Source of the DNA: Fidelibacterota bacterium
GTDB lineage: Bacteria > Fidelibacterota > Marinisomatia > Marinisomatales > UBA2128
Assembly (NCBI GenBank): GCA_046861645.1
Contig: JBHHUM010000060.1
Span: 1 to 13,091, forward strand
Length of the DNA stretch: 13,091 nt
Direction: 5' to 3'
Below the pieces are notes generated by a model. That model did no database searches, was not told the DNA's origin, and worked only from the letters and a program-made list of their open reading frames with translations. Made by a program: the position numbers and the translations under genes. Positions 7,646 through 13,091 of the stretch are shown in pieces; the first letter of the stretch is position 1, and each line of letters opens with the position of its first letter.

Positions 7646-8943
7646 CAGGAGTTCTTTCTTCTGGCGCTGAAGAGGGCAGCACCCAGAGCCCCCATGAAAA
7701 TGGAGTCCGGGTGGTTATTAATTTTCAGTGTACCATAGTTTTCATGGACCATTTGCTTCACATACTTGACTACGGCAGTATTACGGGCAACTCCACCAGT
7801 GAAAGTGAATTCATTACGGACACCTCCTGAGCGAGCAAGAAGAGCAAAGGCTCTCAGGACAATGGCTTTATGGAGTCCAGCCAACACATTTTCCTTCTTT
7901 TCACCAAGATTTAGATATTCTCTGAGTTCTGCTCCGGCGAATACGGTGCAAGTGCTGCAAATGTTGGCTTCGTAATCTGCTTCCATGGCAATAGGTCCCA
8001 GTTCTCCAACGCTGATATTCATTTCGTCCGCAATGTAGCCCAGGTATCGACCGCAACCGGCAGCACAACGGTCATTCATCTGGAAACTGGTTACCAAACC
8101 GTGTTTATCAACCTGGATCGCCTTTGTATCCTGCCCACCAATATCCAGTACTGTTCTTGTCAGGGGAAAACAGGCGTGAGCACCTAAAGCGTGACACAGT
8201 ATCTCTGACTTGATGTGTTGTTCTTCAAAGGGGAGCAATTGCCGACCATAGCCAGTACCCACATAATCAGCTGGTTCGAGAGACAGCTCTGAAACCTGAT
8301 TCAAAGGTTCTTCCAGTACTTTGCATTGCTCGGACATTTCCTCAGGCAAAAGGGTAATGGCTTCTTTTACCAGCGGTCCAAAGTCTGGATGTAAGGCTTC
8401 ATTTTCCACCGGTGTAATGGAGCGATCATACAGAGCAATTAGATGTTCGTACAGGGTAATATCTTGTTCTTGGATCTGGTGCATATATACGCTGCTGAAA
8501 AGCTCTCTGAAGAATTCGGAAGAGGTGGATACTTCACTATTAAAAAATCTATCCCTGATTTTATCCAGGATAGTAGCGGTGAGTGAAGTAACGATGGGGC
8601 CAATTTTTTCCCTGAGTGCGATATCAGGAATAGACTGGCTATTGGCAGCCATGGTGGCCATCAGTTTATGGAATCGTTGTTGAAATTCCAGGAAGTGGAA
8701 TCTATTTTCCAGGTGAGGGAATATCTCGTCCCAGTTAACCCCATTGGCAGCATCTTCCTTCAGTTTATTATAGAGGAGAGAGAAGCGGGCATTGAACTCT
8801 GCTTCAATGCGGGCTATATCAGCAGCCACTTCATAATTTGAGCGGGTATTGGTAATGCCCCGGCCTATGATTTTTCCCTGACGGTTGGTGATGACAGCTT
8901 TAGAAGTCGTGGAACCTAAATCGATGCCCAGATATACTTTCAT
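7645..8943 (-). CDS. bcrA: Benzoyl-CoA reductase (class I) subunit A
   Basis: GIDLGSTTSKA and GRGITNTRSNY, then a long insertion typical of Thauera-type BcrA/BadF, then GTGYGR, SEILCH, LDIGGQDTKAIQVD, FQMNDRCAAGCGRYLGYIADEM and STCTVFAGAELR. Confidence 0.94.
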   Translation of the reverse strand: MKVYLGIDLGSTTSKAVITNRQGKIIGRGITNTRSNYEVAADIARIEAEFNARFSLLYNKLKEDAANGVNWDEIFPHLENRFHFLEFQQRFHKLMATMAANSQSIPDIALREKIGPIVTSLTATILDKIRDRFFNSEVSTSSEFFRELFSSVYMHQIQEQDITLYEHLIALYDRSITPVENEALHPDFGPLVKEAITLLPEEMSEQCKVLEEPLNQVSELSLEPADYVGTGYGRQLLPFEEQHIKSEILCHALGAHACFPLTRTVLDIGGQDTKAIQVDKHGLVTSFQMNDRCAAGCGRYLGYIADEMNISVGELGPIAMEADYEANICSTCTVFAGAELREYLNLGEKKENVLAGLHKAIVLRAFALLARSGGVRNEFTFTGGVARNTAVVKYVKQMVHENYGTLKINNHPDSIFMGALGAALFSARRKNS

Positions 8944-8983
8944 TATCTACCGCTTTTAATGACTTGGAACTGCAACAGTGCTA

Positions 8984-10288
8984 TCACACCAGAACCTCAT
9001 CTGACAATATTTCGTCATCTACTTTGATGGATTGTCGCTGTTCGAGCATCTGGAAAAAGGAATCAAGCCTGTTTTTAATATTGGAATAAGAGTAGTACCG
9101 GGGATCTACCAGATCAGTTTCGATAAAACCGACGGGGATTCCCAGGCGATCTTCAAGCTCTCGCATTATCACTAACTGTCCAGCGGAGAAGGAGTTGCAA
9201 CTTTTAATGGAATTTACCAGCAAACCATCTGCGTGGTAGCGCTTTATGAATCGCTCCAGAAGATCGATACGCTGAGGAAGATTACGGTTGGTATAGCAAC
9301 CCAGACAGTATTCCGCCATGCTACTGAGTGGATTGTCTGCAGAATGTCTGAAACCGTCATCATAGACACCACCAACCCGGGTGTAAGTTGACCCTACGAA
9401 AACAGCTCCCTGGTCATAAAAGATCTTCCAGAAATTCCTGAAATGTGTCCAGTTAGGTGGGCCCTCGACAACGAGGCGAAATCGCTCGTTTTCCAAGTAA
9501 CCATCGGGAGTGATAGGGCCGAGATTGTTGTGGATTCGGTAGGTCACCTCTTTTGCTAATTCTCGGTAGTATTCAACACAACTCTCATTGCCCCGAAATG
9601 CGGTGAAGATGGGTCCAATATAATAAACTCCACCAAAAAACGCATCGATGGGAGAAGGCTGGTTTTGAGCGGAGTCGAATATTTCAATTAACAGGTCTTC
9701 TGCCTGAGCTGATAGATCCATTTTTTCAGCAAGTTTCTCGAGATGAAATTTTTTACCACTTACCTTCTCCATTTTGGGGATCACTTCCTGGATAAGCTGG
9801 TTCACGATATAATCAACCGCATGGGGTTCTATTTTACCTGATTCCTGATAGGGTATATGTAACATGGCAATTTCAGAATGGGGGTAAAGGTGCTTCAGGT
9901 TCTCGAACCACTTCATAAAGACAAAACAGCCGGTATAGCTCAGGAGGAGGAGGTCGGGGTCAGGGAGCTGTTGGCCGGTGGGACCGATATTGCCCTGCAG
10001 CATCATGCCTATATCGCACTTGACGTAGGAACAGACATCCTCAGAATAGCCCAGGTCCTCTGCCTCGCGAATGTAGTCTCTCGATTTTTTGCGCATACCG
10101 GACTGGAGAGCATTGATTTCCGGGTAGACCGGGAGCATGTCGAAGGTATAGATGAGTTCCGTGAGGTTGCCGGGGACGAAGGTATAAACTACTTTTTTAC
10201 CTGTTTCTCGAACCTGGGAGAGATCCATGAAATGCTCGGCTAACATCTGCTTTTGCTTGATCATGCTGTTCTCTTTTTGAATTTCCAT
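8984..10288 (-). CDS. bcrB: Benzoyl-CoA reductase (class I) subunit B
   Basis: Motifs YTFVPGNLTEL, PEINALQSGMRK, SEDVCSYVKCDIG, LLLLSYTGCFVFMKWFE, VEGPPNWT, NSIKSCNSFSAGQ and ETDLVDPRY. I prefer the ATG at 10288 (2 nt after the bcrC stop) over the track's GTG at 10300. Confidence 0.93.
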   Translation of the reverse strand: MEIQKENSMIKQKQMLAEHFMDLSQVRETGKKVVYTFVPGNLTELIYTFDMLPVYPEINALQSGMRKKSRDYIREAEDLGYSEDVCSYVKCDIGMMLQGNIGPTGQQLPDPDLLLLSYTGCFVFMKWFENLKHLYPHSEIAMLHIPYQESGKIEPHAVDYIVNQLIQEVIPKMEKVSGKKFHLEKLAEKMDLSAQAEDLLIEIFDSAQNQPSPIDAFFGGVYYIGPIFTAFRGNESCVEYYRELAKEVTYRIHNNLGPITPDGYLENERFRLVVEGPPNWTHFRNFWKIFYDQGAVFVGSTYTRVGGVYDDGFRHSADNPLSSMAEYCLGCYTNRNLPQRIDLLERFIKRYHADGLLVNSIKSCNSFSAGQLVIMRELEDRLGIPVGFIETDLVDPRYYSYSNIKNRLDSFFQMLEQRQSIKVDDEILSDEVLV

Positions 10289-10290
10289 GA

Positions 10291-11475
10291 TTATTCCCAC
10301 AGTTTGATCATATCGGCGAAAGTTCCAGTCTGCTCTTTGATGACATGGAACTGTCCAAGATTCTCATGGTATTGAAAGCTGGAATGTTTGATTTTGTGTC
10401 GGTCCATGGCCTTTTCCAGGAGGGGACGATCCAGCAGGGCTGGGTCACAGAAGCTGGGTGCACAGAAGATCACTCCGTCAGCATGGCGATTCTTTACCTG
10501 AGCAGCCAGGAGGTCTCCTTTTGCTTTTTGTCCCTCATAGACAGCAGAGGAGAAAGTACTCAGGGTCAGGTAACTGTCCACCAGTGCAGCTACAGGATCG
10601 TCTGTGTCTTCCGGAATATTTTCAGCAAACCAGTTAAGTCCCAATTGCCAATCATCCTCGACAATGTAACAACCAGCATTTTCAATAGTCTTGATCAATC
10701 CCAGAGGAGGTTGCTCACAGAATGAACCGGAGATTACCACCCGGATACGGTCTTCTTCTTCGGCAGCAACCCTGTCTGCCAGCTGGAGAACAGTTTCTAT
10801 AAAGTAGTTGTGATCTTCCACAGACATAATGGTACCGGCTCTCTGGATCAGATAATAATCAGTAGCTGCTATCTTTTGGGGCTGCTCGGACCGGAATTTA
10901 TTAAGTTTTTTTAGGAGGAACCGGTTACGATTGTAAAGGGCGATGGAACGGTTCAACTCATCTTTATCTGGAACCTTGGCGTTCAAAGCCTTGAGGTCCT
11001 TCCTGAGGCGCTCTAATTCAGCAAGGTAGAACTTACCACCCACCTCTGGATTGAAATCCTGAGGGAAGTCGAGGTAACGGATTAGTTTTTTAGGAAAGCG
11101 GATTCTGAAGATTCCAGACAGATTGCGGATAACATCACAGATGGCGGGAAAGATAAAACCATCGAAATCATCTAAATGGTTGTTCAGTGCAAGCTCTACC
11201 ACAGTTCTGGGAAGGTGACAGATGTAAGATTGGAAATAGGCATCACCCCGTACGGAGGGTATCCTGTCTCCAGCTCCAAAGATGCCTACGGGCAGCATTC
11301 CAGCCGCATGGATAATCTCCCGGGGGATATAAATGGGCAGATAACCGATAATCTTCCGAGAAGGGTCACCCTTCTTCCATTGGCTGGCATAGGTAAAGGA
11401 AAGATCATCGAACAACTTCCGTGCGAAGGCTACTGCATCAGTATAGTTGTTGAAGCGAATCTCACTCTTGTCCAT
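10291..11475 (-). CDS. bcrC: Benzoyl-CoA reductase (class I) subunit C
   Basis: Motifs PIYIPREIIHAAG, GDAYFQSYICHLPR, FPAICDVIRNLSG, GSFCEQPP, PSFCDPALLD and GQFHVIKEQTGTFADMIKLW. Overlaps the marR end by 14 nt. Confidence 0.93.
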   Translation of the reverse strand: MDKSEIRFNNYTDAVAFARKLFDDLSFTYASQWKKGDPSRKIIGYLPIYIPREIIHAAGMLPVGIFGAGDRIPSVRGDAYFQSYICHLPRTVVELALNNHLDDFDGFIFPAICDVIRNLSGIFRIRFPKKLIRYLDFPQDFNPEVGGKFYLAELERLRKDLKALNAKVPDKDELNRSIALYNRNRFLLKKLNKFRSEQPQKIAATDYYLIQRAGTIMSVEDHNYFIETVLQLADRVAAEEEDRIRVVISGSFCEQPPLGLIKTIENAGCYIVEDDWQLGLNWFAENIPEDTDDPVAALVDSYLTLSTFSSAVYEGQKAKGDLLAAQVKNRHADGVIFCAPSFCDPALLDRPLLEKAMDRHKIKHSSFQYHENLGQFHVIKEQTGTFADMIKLWE

Positions 11476-11893
11476 TAGCCGCGTTCCAAATCTGGTTTAG
11501 AGTATGGCGGAATGTTTCCAGTTCCTCCGGAGAAAGGGGTTTTACCAGTTGTTGATCCACAGTGGTCGCGATTTCGTCTAGACTCTGGAGTAGATTAGAC
11601 CCTTTTTCAGTCAGGAATAAACGAATTACTCTTCTATCGGTAGTCGTTCTCCTGCGTTCGACGAGATTATCTTTTTCCAGCCGGTCGGCCAATCCAGTTA
11701 TGGCCGGTTTATCCAGAAACACCCGTTTACCCACTTCAGAAAGAGATAGTCCATCTTCTTTGGCCAGGGTGCTGAGTACAGTGTGCTGTGAGGTGGTTAA
11801 ACCATACTGGGACAACTTAGCGTCAAGAGCCTTTTTCATCGTCCGAGCAGTACGGACGACCAGAAAACCAGTACTCTCTTCCAAAGTTGTCAT
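11462..11893 (-). CDS. MarR family transcriptional regulator
   Basis: YGLTTSQHTVL...LSLSEVG...LDKPAITGLADRLEKDNLVERR...DRRVIRLFLTEKG (winged helix with DRR motif). The ATG at 11893 gives 143 aa, a normal MarR size; the ATG at 11941 is an alternative start. The track's TTG at 12010 coincides with the predicted -35 box. Confidence 0.92.
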   Translation of the reverse strand: MTTLEESTGFLVVRTARTMKKALDAKLSQYGLTTSQHTVLSTLAKEDGLSLSEVGKRVFLDKPAITGLADRLEKDNLVERRRTTTDRRVIRLFLTEKGSNLLQSLDEIATTVDQQLVKPLSPEELETFRHTLNQIWNAANGQE

Positions 11894-11981
11894 ATCTTGT
11901 TGGCTTTCATTTAGGTATTCAGTTCTGCGATAATTGGGCATTGCTGATAACCAGTCAGGCTCTATTTTATCGGTTTTAATA

Positions 11982-12010
11982 AATATAGTTAACATATTAA
12001 CTATTTGCAA
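11982..12010 (-). promoter_or_regulatory. Sigma70-type promoter of the marR-bcr operon
   Basis: The minus strand reads TTGCAA (12010-12005), a 17-nt spacer, then TATATT (11987-11982), with AT-rich sequence upstream. Confidence 0.7.
11985..12004. promoter_or_regulatory. Palindromic operator, probable MarR binding site
   Basis: ATAGTTAA-cata-TTAACTAT has perfect 8-bp inverted arms and covers the promoter spacer and half of the -10 box. Confidence 0.72.
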
Positions 12011-12197
12011 GTGAACTTATTATTTTGTTGATGAACTCCAGTTTTTACTACCGAATTTTGCATGAAAAAATGCGAACGTTTCTAACTTGTATTTAGAAAA
12101 GATATACAGTAAGAACTGCTTATTTTTTAATAGCAGTGTAACATGTAGAAGAAATAATTACTTTCTAAAAATAATACTCAGTTCCAGATTTTAAAAC

Positions 12198-12206
12198 AGG
12201 GAGGAT
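12198..12206 (+). promoter_or_regulatory. Shine-Dalgarno site of the divergent gene
   Basis: AGGGAGGAT just upstream of the ATG at 12211. Confidence 0.75.
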
Positions 12207-12210
12207 AATA

Positions 12211-13091
12211 ATGAATAGTATACGGGTGTTCAGATTAGTGTCTCGCATGTTAATAGGGTTTGTTTCATTGAGTTCGTTGGCTTTTGCGAAGGATTATGTT
12301 GTGATTGTATTAGTTGATGAACTCTATAAAAACCACGATGATTGGGAAATCCACATAGATTAAAGTTTCAGTAAGTTGAATGAGGTGTACTTAAAATATG
12401 ATATTCAGTTTAAGGTTTCTTCAATCCAATCATTTGAAATAGAAGATTCTGTATATATTAGATACAAGACTTTTAAGAATTTATCAAAACTACGTTCTGA
12501 AGCTGATCTGGCAATAATGTTTTCGGGAAAAAAATTGAATATTTTGCAGGTAAGGCATCGGAGGAAAACTATTCAGCGATTATTTGCACTGATAACCGAC
12601 AGTGGGAAAAGAAAGTACTAATACACGAGGTTGGTCATCTTTTCGGTCTGCCTCATGTAGTAAATAATGATAAGACTAATTATATGCAATCGGGAGGCAA
12701 AATTGAATTGATAACTAGATTTATACCTGAATGTGAGGAGATTATAGAACTCATACGAGATTTAAAAGTTGGTATCATGCAAGCTTCACCATCGTATTTG
12801 AAGAAAAAGTTGGGTTTGTTAATGGCTATGCTTGAAAGCTACAAGACAGACCATATCATTTTGCGAGAAATAGCTGGATTATACTTTGACTTAGATGATT
12901 ATCAAAACGCCATTTTATACCTGGAAAGAGTACTTGGATATCTCAAAGAATTGAAGCCTGCTAAACCTGACTCAGTTGTAGATTGGATAATATCAGTTTA
13001 CAATAGTCTGGGGAATGCATATATAAAGCAAGGTAATTACCCCTTAGCCATTCAAAATTATGAAACAGCCATAGCCTTAGATCCAGAATAT
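12211..13091 (+). pseudogene. Disrupted gene for a secreted metzincin zinc metalloprotease with TPR repeats; runs off the right edge
   Basis: Signal-peptide-like N-terminus MNSIRVFRLVSRMLIGFVSLSSLAFA. In-frame TAA at 12361-12363, after which the same frame continues to ...ADLAIMFSGKK. The -1 frame then gives IEYFAGKA...LIHEVGHLFGLPH (motif at 12624-12656), a NYMQ Met-turn, and TPR-like ILREIAGLYFDLDDYQNAILYLERVL and VYNSLGNAYIKQGNYPLAIQNYETAIALDPEY. Confidence 0.8.

Noticed and set aside
456..11933. Many short ORFs in the track, mostly plus strand (e.g. 865-1161, 1127-1573, 4257-4604, 8321-8683, 10345-10725, 11562-11933), plus minus-strand alternative frames 4910-5197, 5333-5593 and 7074-7262
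   Set aside because: They lie antisense to or out of frame within well-supported genes and have no recognisable motifs, so they are shadow ORFs.
11894..12010. N-terminal extension of MarR from TTG at 12010
   Set aside because: The TTG is the predicted -35 box and the extension crosses the operator and -10 box. The MarR domain begins near the ATG at 11893.
12361..12363. Stop-codon reassignment or selenocysteine/pyrrolysine read-through
   Set aside because: The codon is TAA, and TAA, TAG and TGA all terminate genuine genes in this window.
12376..12621. 81-aa stand-alone ORF
   Set aside because: It is the middle fragment of the disrupted protease gene, and its tail is out-of-frame read-through.
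1..13091. CRISPR arrays, tRNA/rRNA genes, transposases and intrinsic terminators
   Set aside because: I saw no regularly spaced repeats, RNA-gene signatures, transposase motifs or GC-rich hairpin plus U-tract in the intergenic gaps.

Overview
Bases 1 to about 12010 hold one tightly packed minus-strand operon for anaerobic aromatic degradation. In transcription order it contains a sigma70-like promoter overlapped by a palindromic operator, a MarR regulator, and class I (ATP-dependent, Thauera-type) benzoyl-CoA reductase bcrC-bcrB-bcrA-bcrD. These are followed by a five-gene insert and then had, which runs off the left edge and is missing from the ORF track. The insert encodes an acyl-CoA ligase, a lone 2-hydroxyacyl-CoA dehydratase alpha-type subunit, a PanE-family 2-oxoacid reductase, an HgdC-type activase and a thiolase. 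The insert is the most interesting element. By inference it could feed phenylpyruvate/phenyllactate via cinnamoyl-CoA into benzoyl-CoA, and its alpha subunit has no beta partner in the window. At the right end, a divergent AT-rich plus-strand gene for a secreted metzincin metalloprotease with TPR repeats is broken by an in-frame stop and a frameshift. All family assignments come from motif recognition and recall; no database search was run.
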